A program made the position numbers and the translations under genes. This document shows positions 1-14,827 of a DNA stretch of 64,000 nt, piece after piece (position 1 is the stretch's first letter; each line of letters begins with the position of its first letter). A model generated the notes under the pieces. That model saw only the letters and a program-made list of their open reading frames with translations. It made no database searches and had not been told where the DNA came from. Source of the stretch: the human T2T-CHM13v2.0 reference genome, Homo sapiens. Location: the NCBI RefSeq assembly GCF_009914755.1, contig NC_060944.1; one strand, 5' to 3'.

Positions 1-638
1 TCAGAATCACTGATACACAAGTAGAAAAATTAGGCTAGTCAAACCAGAAAGAGAAGAGATGCAAGGAAAAACTTTAAGAATCAGTTTACAACAGAATAAA
101 TGTCCCACAGAGCACATGGATGGGCCTGGAAGAGGGACAAGTAAAAAGTGATGAAGCTGAACTGAAGAGAATTACTATATAAAAGATAGGGACAGCAGGA
201 AGTAACAGTATTTTAATACTAATTATTTTAAATTATTTAAGTATCTTAAATAATTTAAAACACTCTTTTTTTGGTATACTTGTTTATTTTACCCAAAAAC
301 TCATGTATCTTGTAAAGAAGATGCTGATAACAACACGTGTATTACATATAAAATATATACAACAGCATATACTCTTCTTCCCAGCTTCTTTCCATTAGAA
401 ATCATCTTGAAAGTCTCCAATTTGTTTTCAATGTAAAACTTCTTTTTAATGAACGCATAATAGTTGTACATATTTGTGGAGTACATAATGATGTTTTGAT
501 ATATATATAAAAAATGTGTAGTGATTGATCAGAGTAATTAGCATATCCATCATCCCAAACATAAAAAAACTAGAAATCCTCTTTCAGTTTGTCTGTTTTA
601 TAAATGAGGGTTTCCATATGTCTTGTTCACGTATGTGA

Positions 639-950
<312 letters not shown>

Positions 951-1778
951 TGAATTCAGAAGGTGGACACTAAGCCCCATTCATCAAATGGAATCCAGCT
1001 GGACAACAAGCACATTTCTGTCCTGTGCCTCCTGCTCTCCCCGTCCCAGCAGGGTTAGGCTGTCCTCAGCCGCTCTTGGTTTACACGCTCTAGGAACGCG
1101 TTCCCTGTGGTAGATGCCGCACTTGTTCTCTTGCCTGTTACTGCAGCCAGGCTGATGATCTTTCTCTTGGGATTTTGTCACATTCTGTGGGGACTGGAGG
1201 TTGCCTTGCTCCTCTCTGTGCCCAGCACTGACTGGTCAGTCTGCCTCTCAGAGCCCTCCTCCAATAGCCTGTTTAAAGTTTCAATGGGAGATACACCCTA
1301 AAATTTCACAGAGGGGTATACTGCTACTTCCTGCTGTCCCTGTCTTTTATATAGTAATTCTCTTCAGTTCAGCTTCATCACTTTTTACTTGTCCCTCTTC
1401 CAGCCCCATCTGTGTGCTCTGTAGAACATTTATTCTGTTGTAAACTGATTCTTAAATTTTTTCCTTGCATATCTTCTCTTTCTGGTTTAACTAGCCTAAT
1501 TTTTCTATTTTGTGTATCAGTGATTCTGAATTACTCTTTATGACCTTTTTATAAGTTAGGTATGTTAATCTTTTTTTATCATTTCTTCCCATTTTGTAGT
1601 TACAGTTTGTGTTTTTCAGCTGTCAGTGATCTTAGTTTTTAAATGTCTTTCTGTGATCATTTTCTATTTCCTTTGTGTTCTTTGATCAGATAGTCACCTA
1701 TGATTTCTTCCAATGTTGTTTCCTTTGTAATAGTAAGTTCTTTTATATACCTCAGGATCTGTCTTTATATGTATATAA

Positions 1779-1787
1779 ACACACACA

Positions 1788-1832
<45 letters not shown>

Positions 1833-1834
1833 AC
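1779..1834. repeat. (CA)n microsatellite
   Basis: Interrupted CA run. Confidence 0.95.
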
Positions 1835-1844
1835 GCATGCATGT

Positions 1845-1968
1845 AATTTGCAGAGATGGGGTCTTCCTACGTTGCCCAGGCGGTCTCAAACTCCTGGACT
1901 TAAGCAATCCACCCACTTCAGCCTCCCAAAGTGCTAGGGTTACAAGCATCGAGCCACCGCACCCAGCC
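1845..1968 (-). mobile_element. Alu monomer (FLAM/AluJ-like)
   Basis: Reverse-complement Alu left arm. Confidence 0.8.
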
Positions 1969-2289
1969 TGGAATTTGTCTTTAGTTCACATATTACTGCA
2001 TTAAATTCATTTGTTTTTATATCAGATTCACACTCTTATTTTAACTTTATAATATTTACTGATATTTAGTAGGTCTAATGTCTTTTTCTCTTTTTCCTTC
2101 TCTTAGAATATTTATCTCTTCTTGCCTGTTTAACATTTCAGATCAATTTTAGAACCAATTTTTCAAGTTACAAAACATAAGCAAACAGAAGGAAAAACCT
2201 CAACGAAACCTTCTGGGGTTTGGATTGTGTATTATTTAGGGTAAGGAATATGTGCTGCTTTAGCAAATGAACTTGAAAATCTTTTATAG

Positions 2290-2627
<338 letters not shown>

Positions 2628-2983
2628 TCACATAGTCGTTCAGAGACCCAGCTGGCAGAGGCTCTTTCATCTTCAACAGATGACTCCATTAGGGCCTCAG
2701 TGTTATAAGCAGGATTCTCGTATCTGGCTAGCAGATGGGGAACAGAGAGCAAGGAAAATTTTGTGGGAGGGTTTTATGTGTCAGGCCTTGAAGTAATATA
2801 AATCACTGTTACTCATATTCCATTAGCCACAACTCAGACACACACCACACTTAATTGCAAGAGAACAGAGAAGAAAAGAGAAAGTGGTGAACAGCTAGCC
2901 AGACTCTGCCGAAGATGAGAATTGTATTAAGCTTGTATTTATATTTAGGAAACGCTGATATCTGATATTGAGTCTGCCTTTCT

Positions 2984-3649
2984 TTTTTTTTTTTTTAATT
3001 TTTTTAGTATTTATTGATCATTCTTGGGTGTTTCTCGGAGAGGGGGATTTGGCAGGGTCATAGGACAATAGTGGAGGGAAGGTCAGCAGATAAACATGTG
3101 AACAAAGGTCTCTGGTTTTCCTAGGCAGAGGGCCCTGCCGCCTTCCGCAGTGTTTGTGTCCCTGGGTACTTGAGATTAGGGAGTGGTGATGACTCTTAAC
3201 GGGTATGCTGCCTTCAAGCATCTGTTTAACAAAGCACATCTTGCACCGCCATTAATCCATTTAACCCTGAGTTGACACAGCACATGTTTTAGAGAGCACG
3301 GGGTTGGGGGTAAGGTTATAAATTAACAGCATCCCAAGGCAGAAGAATTTTTCTTAGTACAGAACAAAATGGAGTCTCCTATGTCTACTTCTTTCTACAC
3401 AGACACAGTAACATCTGATCTCTCTTTCTTTTCCCCACATTTCCCGCTTTTCTATTCGACAAAACCGCCATCATCATCATGGCCCGTTCTCAATGAGCTG
3501 TTGGGTACACCTCCTAGACGGGGTGGCGGCCGGGCAGAGGGGCTGCTCACTTCCCAGACGGGGCGGCCGGGCAGAGGCGCCCCCCACCTCCCAGACAGGG
3601 CGGCGGCCGGGCGGGGGCTGCCCCCCACCTCCCGGACGGGGCAGCTGGC
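2984..3649 (-). mobile_element. 5'-truncated SVA retrotransposon (poly(A), SINE-R, part of VNTR)
   Basis: Poly-T, SINE-R (gatcattcttgggtgtttctc...), GC-rich VNTR units; 14-bp TSD GAGTCTGCCTTTCT at 2970-2983 and 3650-3663. Confidence 0.93.
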
Positions 3650-4279
3650 GAGTCTGCCTTTCTAAGAGCATGTCTTTTTCTTTTTTTAGAATTTTGCGTA
3701 TCTTCTTGAAATGTTTTACAGTTTTCTTCACAAAGATTTTTAATATTTTCTTTACCATTATTTCTAGGTATTTGTTGCTGATGTTTTGAAAAGCTAACTC
3801 TTTTCTGCTATTCTGTCTTCTAGATGGTTATTACTGCTGTAAAGAACATTTTTTACTGCATGTTATTTTGCATATTATATATAGCATTTAAAAGAGCTCT
3901 GAATATTTCACTGATTCTTCTGAGATATGGGCACATATCTGCAAATAAGAAGTGTCTCTTTTCTAATAATTCATACTTGTTTTGGTGACTAATTAAAAGT
4001 ACTTCGGATGCAGTAAGACTTGGACCTGACTTAAATTCTGCTAGTTTTTTCTTTGTGAACTTGAGCAATTTATTCTCTCTGTGCCTCAGTTTCTTTTTAA
4101 TCTACATAATGGGAATAATGATAGTACCATCTCGTTATAAGTATTGAAGAAGAAAAAGCATGTAAAACGGCATGATGCCTAGTGCATGGTAGGTGCTTGA
4201 AAGTTGCTATTATTACAGTTATTTCTGTATATTATTTTACTGCATCCATCAGAAGTAGAACACTGTTGAATTAAAGTGA

Positions 4280-4719
<440 letters not shown>

Positions 4720-4746
4720 CAGCAATTAAAAATTTTTAAAAATATA

Positions 4747-5322
<576 letters not shown>

Positions 5323-7377
5323 ATTAAATTAAAATATAAATAAACTATAGTACCGAATTGTTTCGAATAATATTTTTGGATCCATTTAAGCAATTAAGTG
5401 GTTTTTCTTCTTTCATCTGTTGATGTGAAATATTAATTAATTTCCCAATGTTGAACCATCTATCATTCCTGAAAGAAAAGTTTTGCTTGGTTATGGAATG
5501 CTTTTCTTTTAATGTTTTTCTGAATTGTCTGTAGTTCTATCTTTTCATGAATTGGATAGGAAAACTTTCTGTCCTTTTTTATGGTCTGTTGTGTCAAAGT
5601 TTTGTGTTCCTTAAGAGTTTGAAATAAATGAACAGTAAAACTCTAGTCGAGTCTTTTTTAGAGGTAGTACTTAGATAGTCTTTCTTCTTGAGCTGACTGT
5701 GGTACTTTAGTCAGAGTTATTTTGGATGGCAAAAAGAGGAGCCAACTTAAGCAAATGCAGGTGAGAAAAAGAGATTATGTGAAGATAGAGCAGTCTTACT
5801 AGGCTCCATGAAGCAGCGAACAACCCTTTCTCATGTTGGGGAGGGATGAAGGCAACCTCGGGACAAGCCACTCTGTCATTTGTTTCTCTTTGCTTTTTTG
5901 ATTCTCTTGTGCATGCACATTGTTCTTTCTCCAGCAGGCTTGCTCCTGGGTCCCTTTTTCCTCCTGCCTTTGAGAGGGGGACATGCAGTCTCTTGATAAC
6001 TGCCCAGTGGTGTAAATAGCTGTGATACTGTTTGACTTCAGTGTTTGTCCTTTCAGTTCACGGGGGCTTTCCCTTTGCTTAGTTTCTCCAAAGGGAAAAT
6101 TGGATCAAATTATCTTCGTTAATTAGGTCTCTGGCAGGCATCTGGATACCTCCTTTAGGACAGTTTTACCTCCTTTCTTAAATGAGCTGCGAGTGGGTAG
6201 AAGGCAGGTCATGAGGATTTTTTATGATTGTGATTATTTGTGATTGTTGGCAGATTTCCTAGGATGAAGGTTGAATATGATGGGGAGATAGGCATCAACA
6301 TTTTGTCTTGTGTGTTAGTGATTTATCTTTTTCCAGGAAAACCAAAAAATATTTTTCATTTTTGTTTCCATACTGTTGTCAAATGCTTGTCTTTGGACTT
6401 GTGTATGCCCACCTGCCCTTTAGGCCCCATCTGGAGATTGTTTCAGTAAATTTAGGTCTAATCTGGATTTTTTAACAGGTTCCCCAAATGTGTCAGGTAC
6501 ACGGGGCATTGGGAACTGCAGGAATGCAGTTGCTTTTAGTTTTTCATATCCTTTGTTACCCATTCTTATTTCAAGTTTTACTTACTTTCTTGAGTCTGTT
6601 CTCTAAATATTTGGGAGCCAATAAAATCATTCCTGGTTTACCTCTGGAGAAGCTGGTATGAATCTTTCTCTCTCCAGTTTTTGATTTACAGTAGACATGA
6701 ATTTAGCCAAGCTCTGTGGGACTTAGGTGTAGTTCCATTTCAGCTTTACTCCTTGTTCTTCTAATTTCTGAATAGTTGAACTACAGCCCCCAGCAGGCAC
6801 TGCTGCTGGAGACGAATCTCCCTTCCTCTGTCTTACTTGGTGGACTAGTCCAGTTCTATGGAAACAGTGTGCTACCACTGGAAGCCCATTTTTCTTACAT
6901 GCACACACGTTCTCCTTTCCGCAATTACAGTTACTTGAAATTAAGTCTTTTGGTGGGTGGAAAAAGAGGTTTTGAAAGGCAGAGCATGTATAGATCACTG
7001 ATTCCTATTTCTCAGCCTAGTTCTTTTGCCTTGTAGCTAGTGGAAATTCTGTTTACCGGCTTTAGATTATCAGTATTACTTTGAATTGGAGAGGCTTTTT
7101 AATGGAATGCTAAGCAGACCATTTGAGTGAAAAATCATAATCTGTTTTTTAATGGAAATATTTCAAACTGTTTGTACATAAAATGTAATTCAAACACAAA
7201 TACACCGTTTTGAAATTTATGGCTTTAGTACATACACATGAACACAACATAAAACTATTAACACTAATCCTGATTTTCAAATATAGTTGTTTTTTTTTAA
7301 TTGAAAATGTTAATATTAAAGTAAAATTTTCTCCTTGGAGCTTTTGTTGACATATTTATAGCTTTACCATTCCATTG

Positions 7378-7556
7378 CTTTTTCTTTTTTTCTTTTTTTC
7401 TTTTTTTCCTGAGATGGCATGTTGCTCTGTTGCTCAGGCTGGAATGCATTGGCATGATCATAGCTCACTGCAGCCTCGGCCTTGAACTCCTTGGCTCAAG
7501 TGATCTGCCTCAGCCTTCCAAGTAGTTGGGACCATAGGCACGTGCCACCATGTCCA
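7378..7556 (-). mobile_element. AluJ-like right-arm fragment
   Basis: T-rich tail plus diverged Alu arm. Confidence 0.8.
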
Positions 7557-7703
7557 TCTATTGCTTAATTCTTAACATATTAGAAAAAGCATCTATGTAT
7601 ACTCTCAAAATTAAAATTTTTTCTAGTCTTACTTTGATTCTCATGCTTGGAGTAGGCAATGTTCATGTAACCACACTGCAGATCTTCTGTAAAGAAGTGT
7701 TGA

Positions 7704-8051
<348 letters not shown>

Positions 8052-8217
8052 TAGATGTATGAAGAGCTTCATTTAGATAACTCTAGAGGCTAACCCTAGG
8101 AGTTATTAGAAAACATCCGAAGGAAAAGATGAACAGATTTGATGACAAATAACAAGCGAGGAAAAATTATTTGCAACAAATAAAATAGCCAGAGGGTTAT
8201 CGTTTCTATGTAAATAT

Positions 8218-8299
8218 TTAGATTGGTGCAAAAGTAATTGCGGTTTTTGCCATTAAAAGTAATGCGGCCAAAACTGCAGTTACTTTTGCACCCACCTAA
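8218..8299. mobile_element. MADE1 (Hsmar1-derived MITE)
   Basis: ~80-bp palindrome of mariner TIRs (TTAGaTTGGTGCAAAAGTAA...TTACTTTTGCACCcACCTAA) followed by TA. Confidence 0.92.
8224..8293 (+). ncRNA. MIR548O2: miR-548-family pre-miRNA hairpin (likely mir-548o-2)
   Basis: 5p arm AAAAGTAATTGCGGTTTTTGCC (8230-8251) pairs with 3p arm CCAAAACTGCAGTTACTTTTGC (8268-8289); arms match recalled miR-548o sequences. Confidence 0.8.
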
Positions 8300-9165
8300 T
8301 ACATCAAACAAAGTGCTAAGAACAAGAATTAGGCCTAGTAGATAAATGGACAAAGGATAAGAGTAAATGATTGCAAAAGAAAAGAGTGTTCATGCATACT
8401 AGCTATCCAGGAAAATACAGATGAAAATGCATTTGGGACCATTCTCATGTATATCATTAAAAAGCAAATTATACCTTTAGTGAGCCATTCTTTTAAGCTG
8501 TTTTTCACATTTTAGATATATGAAAAGTCAATTTTTTAACCTGTTGAAAGGCAGTGATTTATAATATTTTCTAAAATATTTATGTATACTTATTAATGTA
8601 CAGTTAATATGTTAGCTCTGATTAAGTTTGGCTGCCACGTAACAACCAAAAATCCTATTGTAAACAAGATAGCTTATTTTCACATATGTTAAATCTAGGG
8701 CTAGGCAGTGTAATGGTTCCATCACCAGCAGGGATCCAAGGCCCTTCCATCTGGTGGCTCTCCATTCTTTGCACAGTGCCTCATGGGCCATGATGGTTGA
8801 GTGAGTTCCAAACATCCTGTCCAGGAATTAGGAAGGAAGGAGAGTCTGCATATAATTGGTCCTTTAAGAAGATCTCTTAGAAGACCTACCCAACAGTCAC
8901 CAACTTCTTTATGGTCAAAATATGGCCACATCTAGGTGCAAAGGGAGTTTGAAAATTGAGTCATTTTTTTTCTGGGTAGCCATGTCCATCTAAAGTTTGT
9001 GTTCTGTTACTCAGGAAGAAATAGTGAGTAGATACTGAGAGGCAACTAGCAATCTCTGCTATAGTCTATGTGTCCCAAGCCTTCACTAGGTTACTGGGAG
9101 AAATTTTCTGATCATATATTTTGACCTATGAAGAATAATTTCATTTGTCTTTTTTTTTTTTTTAA

Positions 9166-9438
<273 letters not shown>

Positions 9439-9444
9439 TAATAG

Positions 9445-9795
<351 letters not shown>

Positions 9796-11900
9796 TAACC
9801 CCTTCCAGCTGAAGTAACAGAACTTAAGAAGTTTTCCTCCCTGTTCTTTTTATGTATGTTCTATGAGGTTTGGCCTTTTGTCTGGTTTTATTAGACATAC
9901 TTAAGGTTAGTCACATTTTGTTGAATCAGATTTCTTTCAGTAGGTGACCTGGAAGTTCCCTTCATGTCAGCCAGGATAATAAAATTTATATAAAGAATTA
10001 AAAATTCGAACTGGAAATTTACAAGAAGTGTTTTCGATTTTGACAGCCATTCACTCATTAGTATATGTAAACATCAGAAAATTTTTGCTTCACACTACAC
10101 TCTGACCTCTCAAATTTTAGTCTAGAGAACTTTATTTCAAGGGCACACTTTCAAAAATATTATTTGCTTTTTAACTTAATAAAATTGATTGGTGGAGAAT
10201 TAATAACTCAACCCTGATATCTTCATTTAGATTTTATTATAAAAAGGAAACTGTCTAAGAGCTGGTGGTTTTTTTTGTCATCTTAACTATTATATTTGAA
10301 AGTAATGGCATAGGGTGCAGGATGGATGGGTGGGGTAGGGCACAATGTTTTGAATATTTATAATATGTCTTAGAGAGCTGAAAAATGACAATGGCTGGCA
10401 TTTATTGAGCTGCTGTTACTATTGGCCAGGTACTGTGATATATGCATTAATGAGTGTATTGATTGTTTGGTAAGAAACCACTCTTCTACTGGGGTTGGAA
10501 ATAGATCAAGACAAAAAGATGTCTAATTAGTTTATGTATCTCTAGGGAGACTGTCAGTTCCAAGGATAAAACTAATACAATGACCAGAAGGGTCTCTGCT
10601 TTCTCTCAGAAATGAATTCTTAGCTGTTACTATAATTCTTAGCTATTATTATTATCATCTCAGAACTAGGATCTATGTCTGTGAACATTATACTCGTAAT
10701 TATTTTGAATATTCTTACAAATCTTTAATTTAGAAAAGTTGTGAATATAAAGATTTTTGGGAATATAATTTGAGAATGCCATGGTTGAGTTTAGGGATGT
10801 CTTTGCTTGCTTTATTTTGTTCAAATTCAGACACTTTATATTCTTCCATTTTCATATTATAATTTTATCCACAATTTGAAAGTAGTGCTTCTGGGATAGG
10901 TAAATGTGCTTACTTACAATAAGTGAAAACTTTAAAAAAATGACTATTGGGTTATTCTTGTCTTTATGTTCATGTACCTTGTATTTTGAGTTTTCTGTAC
11001 CATGTTTATATTTATTAATTTGCATTTTCTAGAATGAATCAGTCCTATTTTTCTTTTTTCTTTTTGTTAAGATGTAATTCTTACAATGTAACTTTTGGGT
11101 ATAGAGCTGTTGACACTGAAATCTGTGAATCTAGAATGGCTCAACCTGTTGCTTGGTTGGTGGGCTTGCTTAAAGGGAACTTATAGATCTTTTTGCTCTC
11201 CAGGGAGTTTGTAACAGCTTTGCTCACCCTCTTGCACCAGAAGATAAAAACCAGACTTCAAATCATACGTGAACAACATCTTACTTTAAAATTTTTCCTT
11301 GCTGGGGAGAGGATAGAAGCTCCTTTTCTCCTCATTGTGTTCAGAGATGATAAAGGCTGTTACATTACCCAGGAGATATGAGGTGTCCAAATAGTTAAAG
11401 GGGTTAGAATGCTAGGTGCCAATCTTGAGGTCTCAAGTCTGGTGGGAGGCATGGGTATATTAACTGTTTTTTAAGTACTGGCTGCCATCAAGGAATTCTG
11501 CCATGCAGTTCACCTCTAACTTAAAGTGTTTGCTTCTTTGAACTGGTTAGCTTTTGATTTACATGACAGTACACTGTGCTTTGTAAAAGTAACATTGAGC
11601 TGGGAAGGGTTAATGAACTAAAATTTTAATGCACGTTATGGGCACTTCAAAACCTCAGTTCTTTGTAGTTGTGTAATTTTCTTCGTTCATTGTTTTGCAT
11701 GATACAAAAATCATAATTTTGGACCTGAATGCACAATTTCCTATGTTTTTGAACTAGCTTGTGGTATCGTAAAGCTTTTAATTTAACTTTTAAAAAGCTA
11801 AAAAGCTTCTTAATTTATTGTAAAATTTCACCATCTTTAAAGTATTTTATAATTACTACTGTCCTTTGATTTGTTTCCATTTATTTCTATTATCTTGCAG

Positions 11901-11936
11901 CATCTTTTATCCAAATTCTTCTTTCTTATAAATCTT
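11901..11936 (+). CDS. RALGAPB: Candidate alternative 36-nt RALGAPB cassette exon (adds 12 aa; junction reads T-ASFIQILLSYKS-S-ITT)
   Basis: AG-free pyrimidine-rich tract + ttgcag| acceptor, |gtaagt donor; phase 1-1 matches the flanking exons; no stop codon. Confidence 0.7.
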
Positions 11937-13135
11937 GTAAGTAGGAACCAGAAGCTTCTCCTTAATTGCAGTCATGTTTTTATTTTTTTCATAATTCCAT
12001 TAAAAATTTGATTGTCATTGTCTCTTGTAGTTTTTGCACTTGGGAAGAAAAATACTTTTCTGTGTTTTGAATGGGGAAGATTGTTGGCAAGAGCAAATTA
12101 ATCTGCCTGAATCAGTCCCATTATTTCTGTATACTAGTCTGGTCATGTCATGAATTCCAGGACTTTGCACTAACTGTGTTTTGGCTTTTTTTTTTTTTTT
12201 TTTTTTTAAAGCTTTAAGCTTATTTTTATACAGATTTAGTGTTTGATTTGTATGCATTCTGCATGTAGTGTTTTTCAAATGTATTATTGCTGGATAGCTT
12301 ATTTAGGACTAAAAATGGCTCATGGGAAGTTGCATAAAGATTTATGCTTGACTCTGTATTCTATTAAATCTATTATAAAATAATTTAAGCATTTCATGTA
12401 GAGTAATAAAAGATTTCAGAGTGATTTTCAATACACTGTGAAATCTTTTGTTAAAAATAAAAGCAACTTTCAAAGGGCTTCTGTTTCAGTGATAACAAAT
12501 GACCATGATAATCTTTTTTATCAATCCAATTTTCTGATTTATCAGCCTCAAGTTAGCTGCTGTCTGTGGTTGTTAAAATTCATTCTCATTTTGCTTGGTT
12601 GAGCGATTCTTTGGTGTGTGTTTTGGAGTTGGGTGGGTGGTGGGAATGCTCTCTTTTTCTCCCTGCCCACTTCTCATCCTTACTTTGCCCTCTCCCTAAA
12701 GTATACAGACTGGCATAGGGTTGCCCATTTAATTAGGATGTCCATCTGGGGTAATGTGTAAATTGCAGTAGCTATTTTTCTTAACGTTTAAGCATCATTC
12801 TGTAGGGGGAAGAAAAAACAGAAAAGAAATAATAGAAAAGCCAAATTCTGTATTATATATCTGTATGTGGATACAGATATATACAAATGTACTCTGCTGA
12901 TCAAAAATTCAGTTGAAAAATGCTTCTTGTACCATCTGTTAAACTGACAATGCCACTGTAAATTAATTGTAACCTATTTTCAAAGAAGATTTCAGAGAGC
13001 CCTTTTTAAAAATATTAAGACATAGTTGCTAAACAAAAGCACTTATTGGATTCAAGTAGCTATTTAATGACACCAATATTTGATCTTTGTGTCCAGGGTC
13101 CCATGAGCCTACGTGGCATATTGCAAATATAATAA

Positions 13136-13537
<402 letters not shown>

Positions 13538-14666
13538 TAAGACCCTTTTTGTTTTAGAAGTGCTATTTATGTCATCTTATTTGAATCTTTTTAATATGGA
13601 GAGATTTCGAAGGACCACAATTATTTGTTAACAAATTTTTAGCACAGTATTCCCATGTAGGCAGTCCAGAAATAAGTCAGCTGTAAATCCTGCCTCCAAG
13701 GAGCTTATTTTCTGGGCAAAGCCCCAAACAAAGCCGTGTACACATGTAACAATGATCCAGCAGGAATTAGGATATTGATGGGAGAGGCACAGATAATGTG
13801 CTGTGGGCATTCAGGGGAAGAAGCAGCGCACATTTATTTACTGTAGGGGATTCAGGAAAGAGTTTTGGGGGATTAAATGATTATGCTGGACTTATAAAGG
13901 ATGAGTAGCATTTAGCCTATGTTAGAAAGTTGGTTAGGGTCATCTTCTCCAAATCTATGGCTTCAGCCATCTTTGTTAATGCCTCTGCCATCCATTCAGT
14001 TGCTCAGGCCAGAAACGAAGAGTCATTTTAGAATCCTCTTCTTCTGTATCTTTAGTTGATCAACCGATCAACCAACTCTTGCCTTCCTGCTACTTAACTC
14101 TCTTTCTGATCTCTCTTTTCACTCTATCCCCACCATTATACTTTAGACTTTGTCACTTTTCTCCTAAATTAACTCATAATGGCCTCCCGTTCTTCTTGAC
14201 ACTGTTTTGCCTTCCTTAACTGATCATTCACACAAGTGCAGAAGTGAGGTTAATATCAACAGAGTATTTAGATATCTGCATACTTGCTAGGTTCTCAGGA
14301 GATAGAATTAAACTGACCCTATCAGAGGGAACCAAGTACAGAATTTTATAGATATGAAAAAGAATGGTATATACAGGCAAATAGGCAGGGTTATCATAAC
14401 TATCGGCGCTTGGTTTAAGCAACAGAAACCCTCTCAATCTGACTTAAGTAAAAGGAGAAGAAGTTGTGAGAAGCTAGTGATATTTATTAAATTCTAAGGT
14501 CAGGAAATGCAGTATGGCCTCATGAAGAGCAGATACTCAAGGACCAAAACAACTTTATTCCTCTCTCTTTCTCTGTCTTCCTGGTCTGCCAGAACTGCTT
14601 CATTCTTCTCTTCTCTGCAGATCATTTTCTCTTATTGTAGTGTGCTTCTGAGTTCCCAGTTTTCAT

Positions 14667-14827
14667 TAGCCGGGCATGATGGCATTTGCCTGTAGTCCCA
14701 GCTACTCGGGAAGCTGAGGCAGAAGAATCGCTTCAACCCAGGAGGCGGAGGTTGCAGTGAGCCGAGATTGTGCCACTGCACTCCAGCCTGGGCGACAGAG
14801 TGAGACTCCGTCTCAAAAAAAAAAAAA
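14667..14827 (+). mobile_element. 5'-truncated Alu (right arm only)
   Basis: 16-bp TSD AGTTCCCAGTTTTCAT at 14651-14666 and 14828-14843. Confidence 0.9.

Noticed and set aside
3018-3789. Overlapping 73-98 aa ORFs
   Set aside because: Translations of the SVA SINE-R/VNTR, not independent genes.
11204-11381. Acceptor-like ttttgctctccag| followed by an open stretch (REFVTALL...)
   Set aside because: In the phase required by the upstream exon it hits TAA within four codons, and I found no convincing donor; cannot support it even as a poison exon.
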